A stretch of 63,997 nt of DNA, filler included, from Elsinoe ampelina (lineage: Eukaryota), in assembly GCA_010093995.1 (NCBI GenBank). It is 4 parts of 3 records of this genome, joined end to end, with 100 filler letters (N's around TTAATTAATTAA, not from the genome) between each part and the next. Parts side by side here need not be neighbours in the genome. Positions count along the whole stretch, not along the records: positions 1 to 28,070 come from ML992501.1; 3 more parts are not named here. One strand, 5' to 3'. Made by a program: the position numbers and the translations under genes. Positions 1 through 11,303 of the stretch are shown piece by piece. The notes under the pieces are model-generated. The model worked only from the letters and a program-made list of their open reading frames with translations, had not been told where the DNA came from and searched no databases. Within the stretch, counting starts at the first letter, position 1. Every line of letters begins with the position of its first letter.

Positions 1-316
1 TAGTTACTATTGTTACTAGTAATTATAAGCTAAACTAATAGTAAATTCTTACTAATAATTAGCTAACACTAACAATTATAAGCAATTATAAAGAGATAAA
101 GTAATAAGCTAATTACTTTACTTACATGTAACAGGACAGTTCTCTAGCTTTAGTAATCTATACTAGAGGGGGAGTGTTGTAATAGAAGGCTGGTATAGCT
201 TCTCTGGTACTAAAGAACTGGTACTAATAAGTTAGCGCACGCACAGTAGATAAATCGGTTATTGTAACTCTCTGAATGAAACACACGTCTCTCGATCCGA
301 TTTGCTAGTTACAACA
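1..316 (+). mobile_element. 3' end of a RIP-mutated Ty1/copia retrotransposon: 3' region, polypurine tract (165-174) and 3' LTR (175-316, 142 bp)
   Basis: The LTR starts TGTTGTAA and ends TTACAACA (8-bp terminal inverted repeat), preceded by AGAGGGGGAG. It is near-identical, by transitions, to ~28866-29181 and to the reverse complement of 54146-~54460. Strong TpA excess. Confidence 0.93.
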
Positions 317-923
317 TCCACCGCTTCGCGCGACCCACATTCCAGAAACGACGTGTCGTACAAACAGTCCTCAAAAATGACAATATCCTATGCGCACTTG
401 GAACCTGTCAGAAGTCAGACAGACCTAGCCGATGCATATTTGCGATAACACTGCCATGGAAGAGCTACTCATTTGTCTACGACGACCTCAAAGACAGGGA
501 CGGCTATGGAGGAGATAGGCCGGACTTGGTCAAGAGCGGCACAGAAGTTGACGGCCAGGTAAGAGGTTTCCTTTTTGCTGGGTAGTGTGTTTGGAACGAC
601 CAGAGGACACAAGTGAGACTGATATGGTCGAGCACGTCGAGAACGCGCAGATACTCAGAAAGACAACCAGATTGGAGCATTGATGCAGACGTTGAGGTGG
701 TCGGCATCATCCTACTGACTCCAACCATAATGATATTATCTCCAAATGCAAGTCCCAGATCATTAAAGCCCACAACGATGCTGCCTCTACCATATACATG
801 AACCTGTAGGTAAGTAGATCAGGTCTTCGGACATCTGTTAGTCCTTGCCCGTTCCATTTCTTATCTAGATCTATCGAATGGTATGCTGGAATTTACCTGA
901 AATCATCTCTTTCGTTTTTACAC

Positions 924-2578
924 TCACACAGCAGCCGTCCTCTCCACCCTCTCGTCTCGATCCTTGACATCACTTTCACTCGTTCTGACCTTCTCAAGTG
1001 CTTGACCGACAAGCTGCTCCTCCTTCTTGTGTGACGCTTCTTCCTCCTCGGCAGCGGCAACGGTGTCGATGGCGCCGAAGATCTTGTCCATGCGCTCAAG
1101 AGAGATACCTTTCGTCTCTGGTAGTATGAAGAAGACGGCAATCTGGCAGTATTAGCTAAGCATGCAGGTAGGACGGAGTGACACTTACCAGTGCTGTCAT
1201 GTTGAGCGAGAAGAGTAGCCAGTAACTCCTCGGTCCGACCTGCTCGGTGAACAGCGGCCATGGCTGAGTGAGAGCGATCAGACATGCTGCTTGACCGATT
1301 GCTGAGATACCGAATGCTCGTTCGCGGACGTGGCCGGGGAAGATCTCAGTGGCAACAGTAGGAGCGATGGGACCATTGGAGAAGCATTACGTGAGGCCGA
1401 CGATGAAAAGCATGGCTACTTCGGCGACAGCAGCAGAGCGGTTGTCGTTGTTGGGGAAGGAGGTGGTGAGGGAGGAGAGGACGAGCAAAGCAGCGGATTG
1501 TATGGCGAAGCCGGTGAGTAAGAGAGCTCGGCGACCGAATCTGTCCACCGTGACGGTGTTGACGAAGACGATGAGGAGTTGCAGCACTGATTGAATGCCG
1601 TTGATGGCAAGGGCTTGACCTCCCCCGTTCCAGCCCAGGGACTGATAGATGAGCACTGCATATACTGTCACGGATGCTATACCGCCGAATTGCTGTAGAC
1701 TCATGGCGAAGATGCCATACAAGAGTCGTTTGCGAAGACCACGATCTTTCCAGATACCGAGGTAGCCAGGTGTGAAGCGCTTCCGGAACTCACGAGATGC
1801 TACCAGCTCATGGAATTCTCGTTGAACATGCTCATCTGTAGGGACACCGTTGCGAAGCCAGGCAAGCTGCTTCAAGGCTCTCTCTGGCTGTTCTGGGTAG
1901 TGCTCGAGTAGCCATCTTGGAGATTCTGGATACCAGAATGACAGGACTATGAACAGAGCTCCGATGGGTACTTGGATCAAATTGGAGACCCTCCATGCGA
2001 CGTTGTAAGGCTCTCGGTACTTGCTCATGCCATAGCCGGTCCAGAATGCGATGAGTGTTCCGAGTTGATATCCGAATTGAGAAAGGAAGCCGACGAAACT
2101 GCCTCGCAGCTTCGTCGGACTACACTCGGCGATGTACAAATTGGAGGAGATGTATACTATCCCAAAGCCGAGACCCCTGCCAGATGTCAGCACGGTTTGG
2201 CCCACGAACAAGAGTGGCACCTTACGTTATCAATCGTCCAAGGATGAGTACACCGAATGTGTTTGGCACGACTTGTACTACCACACCCACGAACATGATC
2301 AAGATCGCTATCCTGAGAGCCCATAGCCTACCAAGCCAAGATGCGAGAACAGGGCCGAAATAAAGATAGCTCAGTGCTGTAGTTGCCCATGGGATAATGG
2401 CGAATATGCCTGAACGATTCGCGTCGATCTTGTAATAGTCGATAAATTGTTGGTCTGCAATGATTGCAACGATGACTCCAGCATCGTAACCATTGTACGA
2501 GGTTGCAAGAACAGTACCTAGCAATAGCTTGACGGATCTCCTGTCCTCTGGCACTACCAATCGCTCATACCAACCCAT
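924..2578 (-). pseudogene. MFS sugar porter with one in-frame premature stop (TAA at 1387-1389)
   Basis: Sugar-porter motifs GYDAG, YIAECSPTKLRG, PESPRWL, LQQFGG, VDRFGRR, GPI...EIFP and PETKGISLERMD. Two canonical introns (~2177-2225, ~1143-1188). The reading frame continues through the TAA as GLT*CFSNGPIAPTVATEIFP. Confidence 0.8.
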
Positions 2579-3165
2579 CTTGCTGTCTTGTGCTGGAGAA
2601 CGAAAGGAGAGATGGGTTGAACGGGAAATATTTCCAACTTACATAGCCCACCTGCAATCGATGTCCATCAGTCTCGGCACGTCTATCCTCTCGTCATCGC
2701 AGAAGTTGGTGGGAGAGGTCATGGCCAAGCTCCAAGGCCCCCCTCGCCTCACGACATGGGGTCCGCCACAAAACGCCCCCAGATTTCCCCGCCTTGACCC
2801 CCAAACTTTCCCGATCTTGGGGCCTTTCCTCCCCGATCTCTGACAATAAGAGCAAGATCGACATTCTTTGACTCAATTTCACTCCCACCTGAACCACAGA
2901 TGCAAGCACTTCCCGTCTCCGGCGGGGTTGTGGGAGCTGTCAATATCGCGTGCCGGTCAGCCATTTACGCGCGTGGCTCGCCGCATCTTACACCGAACAT
3001 GTAACGATGATCGCTGGACTGTTGGGTGTTGGGTTGGAGAAGGATGATCTGACTTACACGTGGTCTACAGTGCCGACATGCCATCGGTCGAAGGTGGGGG
3101 ACGGAAGAGGGGTACAGATATCTGAGGGTTGGGAAGAGCTTGGCCTCTCAACACATCGACACAAC
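2579..3165. promoter_or_regulatory. Divergent promoter between the sugar porter and GH127, with several CreA-type SYGGRG sites
   Basis: Head-to-head genes. SYGGRG matches on either strand near 2593 (CTGGAG), 2778 (CCCCAG), 2787 (CCCCGC), 2922 (GCGGGG) and 3094 (GTGGGG). The motif is short, so support is weak. Confidence 0.4.
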
Positions 3166-5298
3166 ATGGCACAACCTCAAGTCAGCTTTTTGCAGACGAA
3201 GCTGAAGCCTGGTAGTTTCTTGGATCGCAAGAGGGAGGCTGTCCGCAAGAACACTCTGCTCTACCAGCTGGACGTCTTGAAGAAGACAGGCCGATATGAC
3301 GCCTTCAAGCTCGAATGGCAGGACGTCTACAAAGACGAGCCAGATCACTGGCCGGTGCCAAATCACCTGTTCTGGGATTCTGACGTTGGCAAGTGGATCG
3401 AAGCTGCAGTATATTTCATCCATGATCAGAAGAATGAAACGATAGAGAAGGCCATTCACGAGCTGGTGGGCATGATTCGGTCAGCCCAGCAAGACGATGG
3501 ATATCTGAACATACACTTCACGGTCGTGGCGCCAAAGGAACGATTCACCAATTTCCGTGACCTTCACGAACTGTACAATGCAGGACATCTCATCGAGGCA
3601 GCAGTGGCTCACCACGACCTTTACGGTAATGACGAGCTCCTTGAGCCCTTGGTCAAGTACGTCGACCTCTTCTGTAAGACCCTTGGTCCAGGCAAGGACC
3701 AGAAACACGGCTACCCAGGTCACCCAGAGATCGAGATTGCTCTCATCCGGCTGTATGAGGTGACCAAGGATTCAAAGCATCTGGAGCTTGCGCAGTACTT
3801 CATCGACGAGCGCGGCAACCCACAGGGTCAAGACGGAAAGCACTTCTACACAGTTGAGGCCGAGGCCCGTGGTGAACGGCCGTACGAACGACCCAACTAC
3901 TACCCACAGCCCAAGTCTTACTGGTACAACACCGCCCACAAACCAATCCTCGAGCAAGACTCGGTCGAAGGCCACAGCGTTCGATCGATGTACTTGCTCA
4001 CCGCGGTGGCAGCTCTGGACAAGTACCGGCAGCGTGAAGACTATCGTGACGCCTTATCACGCTTGTGGAACAACATGGTTGACAAGAAGATGTACCTAAC
4101 TGGCGGCATTGGAGCAATGAAGCAATGGGAAGGCTTTGGTATTGATTACTTCCTGCCGCACAGCACAGATGAAGGAGGCTGCTACTCCGAGACCTGCGCA
4201 GCGATCGGCGTAATGATGCTCGCCGAGAGGATGCTCCAGATCGACCTTGACAGCAAGTACGCCGATGTGCTTGAATTGTGTCTGTACAACTCTATGCTTT
4301 GCGGTATGAGTGTCGATGGCAAACGCTTCACCTACGTCAACCAGCTCGCATCGTCGGATGCAGATCCAGATCAAAAAGCTGCTTGGTTCACTTGTGCATG
4401 CTGTCCCCCCAACGTATCACGAACACTCGGATTCGTCGCTGGATACCTCACAACCACCTCGAAAGATGACGAGAAGAAGACGGCACAGATCAATGTCCAC
4501 GTACCTGCAGCCGGCGTCACCTCCTTGAACGTGGGTGGAAAGAAAGTGGAGCTTGAGGTAGATTCAAACTGGCCGTGGGATGGCTCGGTCAAATTCAGCC
4601 TGAAGGCTTCTGACATCAAGACGGGTATTGCAGTGCGCATACCTGAATGGGCATCATCATCGTACAAGGTATGTCTTCCGCTCCAGAGCCCCCCCTCAAC
4701 CACTAACGAAGCCCAGATCTCGCCCTCAGCCGATTCGAGCAAGGTAGAGAAAGGATACCTGCATCTCAACTCCGACTTCACCGCGTCCAATAGCAGCTTC
4801 ACAATTGACTTCCCCATGACCCCTCGCTTTGTCGCTCCTCACCCCTTTACCAACCAGAACGTCGTCGCTCTCGCTCGTGGACCTCTCATTTACTGCGTCG
4901 AGGATGTCGACAACAATTGGGTAACGGACCACTTTAAGACTCTCCAGCTCAGTGTTCAACCTCAGCCGCCGAAAGTCTCCGAGTCACAGGTCAACGACAA
5001 AGTGACAGGCGAAGACTTCATCATGCTGCACATCGATGAGCAATTCAGCTTTATGAAACTAGGCGAGGTCAAAGCTCCCCATTCCACCGCTCTCGCCGCG
5101 GTGGCTGATATGGGAGGCGGGAAGAAGCCCAGCTTCACTCTGCCGTCGGGTGATGGTGGAACTGTCAATGGTTCGGTCAAAGGCAAGGTGAAGTCTCCAG
5201 ACGGCAAGGAAGTGGAGAAGCTCAATTTTGTGCCTTACTACTTCAGAGCCAATAGGGAGGGCAAGGGTCACATGCGAGTCGGTATCAGAATTGGATAA
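3166..5298 (+). CDS. GH127 beta-L-arabinofuranosidase (DUF1680/HypBA1-like), probably intracellular
   Basis: Motifs FWDSDVGKWIE, HELYNAGHLIEA, GHPEIE, EGHSVR, YSETCAAIG and CACCPPN. Likely in-frame 48-nt intron at 4669-4716 (GTATGT...CTAAC...CAG). Likely start is MAQPQ at 3166, not the ORF-track start at 2950. Confidence 0.93.
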   Translation: MAQPQVSFLQTKLKPGSFLDRKREAVRKNTLLYQLDVLKKTGRYDAFKLEWQDVYKDEPDHWPVPNHLFWDSDVGKWIEAAVYFIHDQKNETIEKAIHELVGMIRSAQQDDGYLNIHFTVVAPKERFTNFRDLHELYNAGHLIEAAVAHHDLYGNDELLEPLVKYVDLFCKTLGPGKDQKHGYPGHPEIEIALIRLYEVTKDSKHLELAQYFIDERGNPQGQDGKHFYTVEAEARGERPYERPNYYPQPKSYWYNTAHKPILEQDSVEGHSVRSMYLLTAVAALDKYRQREDYRDALSRLWNNMVDKKMYLTGGIGAMKQWEGFGIDYFLPHSTDEGGCYSETCAAIGVMMLAERMLQIDLDSKYADVLELCLYNSMLCGMSVDGKRFTYVNQLASSDADPDQKAAWFTCACCPPNVSRTLGFVAGYLTTTSKDDEKKTAQINVHVPAAGVTSLNVGGKKVELEVDSNWPWDGSVKFSLKASDIKTGIAVRIPEWASSSYKVCLPLQSPPSTTNEAQISPSADSSKVEKGYLHLNSDFTASNSSFTIDFPMTPRFVAPHPFTNQNVVALARGPLIYCVEDVDNNWVTDHFKTLQLSVQPQPPKVSESQVNDKVTGEDFIMLHIDEQFSFMKLGEVKAPHSTALAAVADMGGGKKPSFTLPSGDGGTVNGSVKGKVKSPDGKEVEKLNFVPYYFRANREGKGHMRVGIRIG

Positions 5299-5829
5299 TA
5301 GTGATGTAGTGTCTCAATGAAGGAGTGTTCGTTTTTGCGAGGACATGCTTTAGAATCGGTTCATTCACCGCGGTTGCCTCGACGCATCGATACATGAGCT
5401 CGTCTCCTCCCGTGCACTGAATGTACTGGCCTTATGATCCGATCATAAGAATAATCTCCTTCCAATGCCACATCGGACGATACGCTGGCAGGATGTGAAG
5501 AAATGAAACTAACAGAGGCGTGTGGACAGTTTTCAGCCGCCGCTCAGGCACGCTTTTAGCGCGAGAATCCCACCAATGACACGGTGTTCTTGTCAATGGG
5601 AAGCTGTTTTTAACAAGACCGTGCCCCGCTAATCGCTCATTCAACAATGGTTTCGCCCACGCCTTTACCTGAATTTTCCTGATCTCCTCGAGGCGTCCCA
5701 GGCACAATTTCAATCTCGCCGTGCATCACTAATTAGCATGGTGCATTGTTAAGTACATACTCTTCCCTACATCTCATCCTCTCCTCCCAAATACAAAGCC
5801 GACTGCGAAATCGACTTTCCACCAGAAAC

Positions 5830-6513
5830 ATGCCTCGCCCTCGCGCAGGAGAGTCCTGTGGCGCCACCTTCCTGGTCATCTTCCGGTTCATCACAATCTT
5901 CATTGCGCTGGCCGCCTTTGCATGTCTCATCTGGCTCGCGATCGCTCGAAAAATTACCTATTTCGCAACATATGCTGCGGTGAGTCGAGAAGAGGGCATC
6001 GGTCGGGCACGCACTAACAGCATTCACAGCCACTGTTGTCAGTTGGAGTAAACCTCGCAGAGATCATCCCATTGCTGAACAGGAAGCGCTCCATAAGGCG
6101 ACCTAATCCAGCCGTAGCGGTCATTCTCGACGTCTTCATCTGGCTCTTTTGCGCTGGCGTCATGATCGAGGCGGTGGTACGCACATACGCAACCAACTTC
6201 AACGATATGGACTTCAGCAGCAGCGATTATCCTCTTGATAAGAGCGACTATCGCTATACTCACTCTAGCGCCCTGGCGTTCATAATCCTGTTGCTGCTGG
6301 CCGCGGTTGGGTACGTGATACCTCCGTGGCTTTCTGATCATGCTAACCAGAAGCAGTGGTCTACACTTGATATTCACCATCGTCAATTGCGTATATTGTT
6401 GCGCGAGAAGGCGAGACATGAGAAAGGTCGAGCAGGAACCTATCCGCATGGTACCGTCTCAGTATCAGAACCCACCACCGCATTTCGCTCAGACTGGCCC
6501 CCGCTACGGTTGA
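5830..6513 (+). CDS. Small multi-TM (MARVEL-like) membrane protein, 3 exons; 3' end uncertain
   Basis: Four hydrophobic segments are joined in frame by two canonical introns (GTGAGT...CTAAC...CAG; GTACGT...CTAAC...CAG), followed by a Cys/basic stretch (CVYCCARRR) and a P/Q-rich tail. Confidence 0.55.
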
Positions 6514-9250
6514 AGTTTCAACCAAGGCCTCTGATTTTCGACCCCGCAGTAGAGTATATCGCTGGCTAGCTACACCTGAATCTTCCCACAACCAGCTCAG
6601 GCAAGCCTGTCTATCAGTCACCGAGAGCGTCAGCACAGATCTACCCGCAAAGCGTCGTACTCTCCCGCGGAAGCGTCCCCAGCAACCTCCACATGACTAC
6701 CCTGACTCGGACGATGATGATCAAGGACAGAATGAGAGCGTCCCTGCCGAGGATGAGAGGCTCAACACTCGAGCTGCAAAATTTATGCCTCTTCACAATA
6801 AAGAAGCATACTGGGAGGACATTGAGCACGACCATGAGGAGCTCGAACAGGACTCGCAGAAGCACCCTCCAGAGGTGGAAGTGAGTACCGGCAATATTCA
6901 CGTGGTTTCATTCAGGTCGAAGTGCCTCATCGCCATTCTGTCGCTGTTTCAGCCCATTCATCAGCTAAAAGACATACACCCTCTCCCAAAAGAGCTCCAC
7001 ACCGTCACTGTTGGGTATTAGTCCCTTCTCGGCCTGACCGATCTTCACTTTCTCTTCCGTCTGTTCATCTTCTCGGTACCGGAGCACATCCAGCAACTAT
7101 ACGGCCAGTCCACATGGGTTCTGAAGTGGCTGGCAGATCTGTACAGCAACAGCTTCTGGAGTGAAAGTGTTGCACTACGTCCAATGGTGTATAAGATGGT
7201 TGGGGCTCGCGTCAAACACGGCTCGGCCGAAGCTAGACCGGCTCTTCACGCCCTTCGGGCCAGGGTGAAGGTGCATTCACCATCGCAATGTGGGCCGTGA
7301 CCAGCAAATTGAGCAAGGTTACGGCCACCCAAACGTCTCAGGCATTAGCAACAATCGTCATGGCTTCGATCGTGCTTCTGGGCTGGAGGATGGCCGATTC
7401 TGATTCCACCACCACTCACCGTTTGCACAACGCCCTGTCACGATCACCTCGGATGTACTGGAAGTGCCATTAAACCTGGACTGGGCAAGGAAACACCTGG
7501 AGAGCTTGGCCCCCTTAGGACCAGATTCCCCCAGCTGTGCCGCGATGAACGTTTAACGTGGCCGCGGCGAAGAAGTACCTGGACTCACTCAAGTCTCCGT
7601 CTTACCAGGAGATGAGCCCCGAGGTGGATGTACGGCCGCAAGGTTAAAGGCAAGGAGACTCCGCCAGTGACTGCTTTGGACGCCGCTCAGGCAGAAACAG
7701 ACTGTCGTCGAAGCGTTGCAGATCTATAAAACAAGCATTGGAAAAGAAGGACGACCCGTTATCCGGAAGCGACATTGTACCTCTCGCCAACAGCAGACGT
7801 ACCACCAAATTCAACTGAAGGGTACAGATGCAAGATTTCTTTTCAGAGAGCGACATTGTACCATGACGCAAGCGTGCAAGGACCACTGCACGCAAGACTG
7901 TCGTCGCTCCCGACTCGGATATCGACGGCTTCGGGAAACGATGCCAGACTTCGAGACAGAGGCGGACCCAGAGGATACAGATGCGAAGATCGACGAGCTT
8001 CAGAATGTTGTACAATCGAATGGCACAAAGCTCTTCACCAATCTCCAAAGCCTCGAGAGCGAGGAGCAGATATCCATTGAAGCTCACGCCTGCTGAGTCA
8101 CAGACGGAGACTGACAGCGATCAAGACCTCTGACAGACTACGCGATCCGTTCCGATGTTCGATTGGCGGAACCCACCATTCGTGAGCCTCTCAACCACAG
8201 ACTCCGACATCAACAGTTTCCGCCAAAAGACGCATTCAGGTATGGTTTCAACGAATTTTCAATCACTCAAAAACCTCGTCGCGATCCCACCTAGCGATCG
8301 GTTAGTGACCCTGAATTTCTGGTCGCTGATCGGTCTCATTGGCGTAGAGCTTTTCCATCGTCTCTTCATCGCCTGCACACCTCCCCATATCCAACGGAAG
8401 TACGGACTGTACGGGTAAGACGAATGGGATATGGCATGGATCATTGATCTGTACGACAAGCACGGGTTTTGGTCAGAGTACCGAGCAATCGGCCCATCGG
8501 CCTACAAGATCGGTTGTATCAGATATCAAGGACGCGACGGTGAGGATCTGATCGAGCGTCTCCTCGATCGGCGAGTCCTTCGATGGTTTCCGACATTCTT
8601 CATACCACGGCAGCACCATGCCAGCCACTGAACGACGGTTCAAAGAGCATCGCAAGAATATCAATACTTTCTCCAGAAAGTTCTGTGTATGTGGAAAAGC
8701 GGTGACTGCACTGCACTGCTACCGTGTGGAACTTGTGTTATAGCCATCAATATTGTGAGCAGAGAAGAAAGAGTGAGGATCCAGCCGGATTATTTTGATT
8801 GAATAGAATGCGAACTCACGTGCTTCAAGGTGGCAAAAAAGGTCGATCCGTGTTGGTATTGCCAACCCGAAGACCCCAAACCTGCTTCGTAATCGGCCGT
8901 GTTGCGGTTCGAACATACGCCCATGCGGGACAGCTAAGGTTTGTAGCGATCTTAAAGGCATGATCAGGTGCCGAGGGGCCTCCCCAGGCATGACCGCAGC
9001 GCACCCCTGGACGAAGCTGGCGACTGAGAAGTATAAGATGGCAATTCTCGTGGAGGACATGATTACTACCAGTCACCTGGGATTGGCAAGGCAGCTCCAG
9101 CGTCAACAGGCGAGTTGCCATGCAGCATGTAGTCCTTGCTCGCTCCTGCCTTCTTGCGCGGGCTAGCAGAATGACCGCCTCTCACGATGCTCCCCCCTCG
9201 ATGCTGGACCATGTATCAAGTCCGACTCCATTTCTATCTTCCATCTGGCC

Positions 9251-11215
9251 ATGGACAATGAAATTGTGGATATCCGCATCGGCAATCGCAGCGTCCCAGC
9301 ATCATACGTCCCGCTTCGAACCTCGACCCGGCAGGACAATGTTAAGTTCAGGAATCTTGTAGTAGAAAGCGTCAAGGCAAATCCCGACGAGCCACTCGTC
9401 ATGTAAGCTAGCTCTACCTATCGATGACCGTCGCTGACCATTCGCAGTGCTCTGAACAGCTTTGCGCCGTACCTCGAAGACATGCTAGCTACCTGTATCG
9501 ACAACCACGACATCGCTCTCGGCCTCATCAATCGTGAAGTCCAATTTTCGGAGACAGTGCAGCTACCACAAAGCGCCGATCGGCGGGCTGGTCAAGTGCC
9601 CTGGACGTTCATCATAGATCAGATGAACCTCCCAGAAGTGTACAGATGGTCCTTCGGGCAAGATCATTCGAGGGAGCAGCACACGAACAATGGTATAATC
9701 AGACCACTCGTGGATTACCAATCCGGTGCTGATATCGGCAGTCGACAGCTACCGCTTGCGCGTCGGAGCATGGGTATGCGATCAAGGGGCATATCGCTTC
9801 GACAGCAAAGTCCCAGTAGTTGTGATCTACATGAGGCCGACCGAGATCGCCGAAAACATCGTTCAATCTCATCTATTCCCGCACATCTTCAAGGCAGCCG
9901 CTACCTACGACGATCGGAATGCAGATGACGCCATCTGCTGGGTGTTCTATCAAATCTACAACCTTTTGTCCGACTGGCAGAACATTATCAGTGAAGTTGG
10001 CAAGAAGCTGAATGCTGCGGTGGGGGCTCGCTCCCAATCACCTCACCATGAAACATACTGATCTTCGGCGTAGGAAATTGATAGTCGCAAGCGAGACCTG
10101 CCCATCAAGAACCGTACCAGAAGACTGCACCGAGAAGTCGACCACATTTATGCGCTTAACGAGCATCTGAGATTCCACATGCGATGCTTCAGAAAGCTCT
10201 CAAAGTTCAAGATCGTCGAGGCATACGAGAACAAGCATGGAGACACGATATGGGAGATCATGGATGATGCACTGGACGACCTCGGACAGTACGACAACTA
10301 CCTCGATTCAATGAAGGAGCGCTTCACCAATCTCATCGAGCTGGAGTTCAATATAGAAAATGCCACTCAGTGTCAGTCAGACCTCACCTGTCGCCATGCA
10401 AGATCAGGCTGACCACAACCACAGCGGCTAATGCCCGATTCCTCTCGATCCTCGGCGCCCTCTTCATACCCGTCTCCTTTGCAGCAGTATCGAGTCCTAC
10501 CACCCAGCAGCCACTGTTCGCTGACGCCTCCCAGAGCATCTTTGGATTCTCCTCCATACACTGGCCGCCAATCTACTACGTCTACGTTGCCGTCCCAATA
10601 TTCTTGATCAGCCTTGCGCTCGTCCTCATCCTACCATCCTACATGTCCGATAACCAGAACAATGCTTTCCCGTCCCACCGCAAGCGAATCCAGCTCAATC
10701 CCTCGGACTTTACACTCATTGGCAATGAGATCCCAGACTCTCAAGAAGCGCCAGCATCAGACGAATCAGCCGCAGCCTCACCTCTTCTCGAGCCCGACAA
10801 GCCATCCGAATACCTGCGACCAGATCACTACCAAGAGCGAAGGAGGAAGAATCCGATGCAGACGTTCTACGGCATGCAGCAAGCCCAAGGCGTGGTCGGT
10901 AGTAGAAGGAAGAATCTGCACGACGAGGAGATGAGGAGGGAGCGAATGCATCTGAGAGACTTTGAGAGGGAGGTGAACCGAGCAGGAGGACGGAGACACA
11001 GAAGGAGGAAAGAAGACCTGACATCGTACGAGAGGGACTTGTGGCCAAGGATGAAGAAGGTGAGAGCTTCAACAGATGGATCTATGGACGAGCCATCACA
11101 GCCTCGCCGAGGAAGGAGGAGTGTGACATGGGTAGACCAAAGACCAGGAGAAGACGTCGATGTCGAGCGACTCGGCAGCATGCGCAGGCGAGCGAGAAGC
11201 GAAGGATCCGAGTAA
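9251..11215 (+). CDS. CorA-like (Mg2+ transporter-fold) membrane protein, about 6 exons
   Basis: Spliced model MDNEIVD... gives a helical stalk (DSMKERFTNLIELEFNIENA), TM1 LSILGALFIPVSFAASIFG, a second TM helix and a long charged tail. Introns near 9403, 9693, 10020, 10371 and 10487. Confidence 0.7.
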
Positions 11216-11303
11216 ACTACCACAACCTGAGAGAATCACCCACACAACTGTTCATAAACGTCTCCCATTTCTATTCACATATATAATTTCCCCTCCTTCG
11301 TTT

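Noticed and set aside
504..773. 89-aa minus-strand ORF next to the LTR
   Set aside because: No ATG start, motif or gene structure I can support.
2222..2224. Apparent stop or frameshift splitting the sugar porter
   Set aside because: It falls in a canonical intron (GTAAG...CTGAC...CAG) whose removal restores RLITGLGFG.
9690..9745. Apparent frameshift in the CorA-like gene
   Set aside because: Explained by a GTATAA...CTGAT...CAG intron joining NN-VDSYRL.
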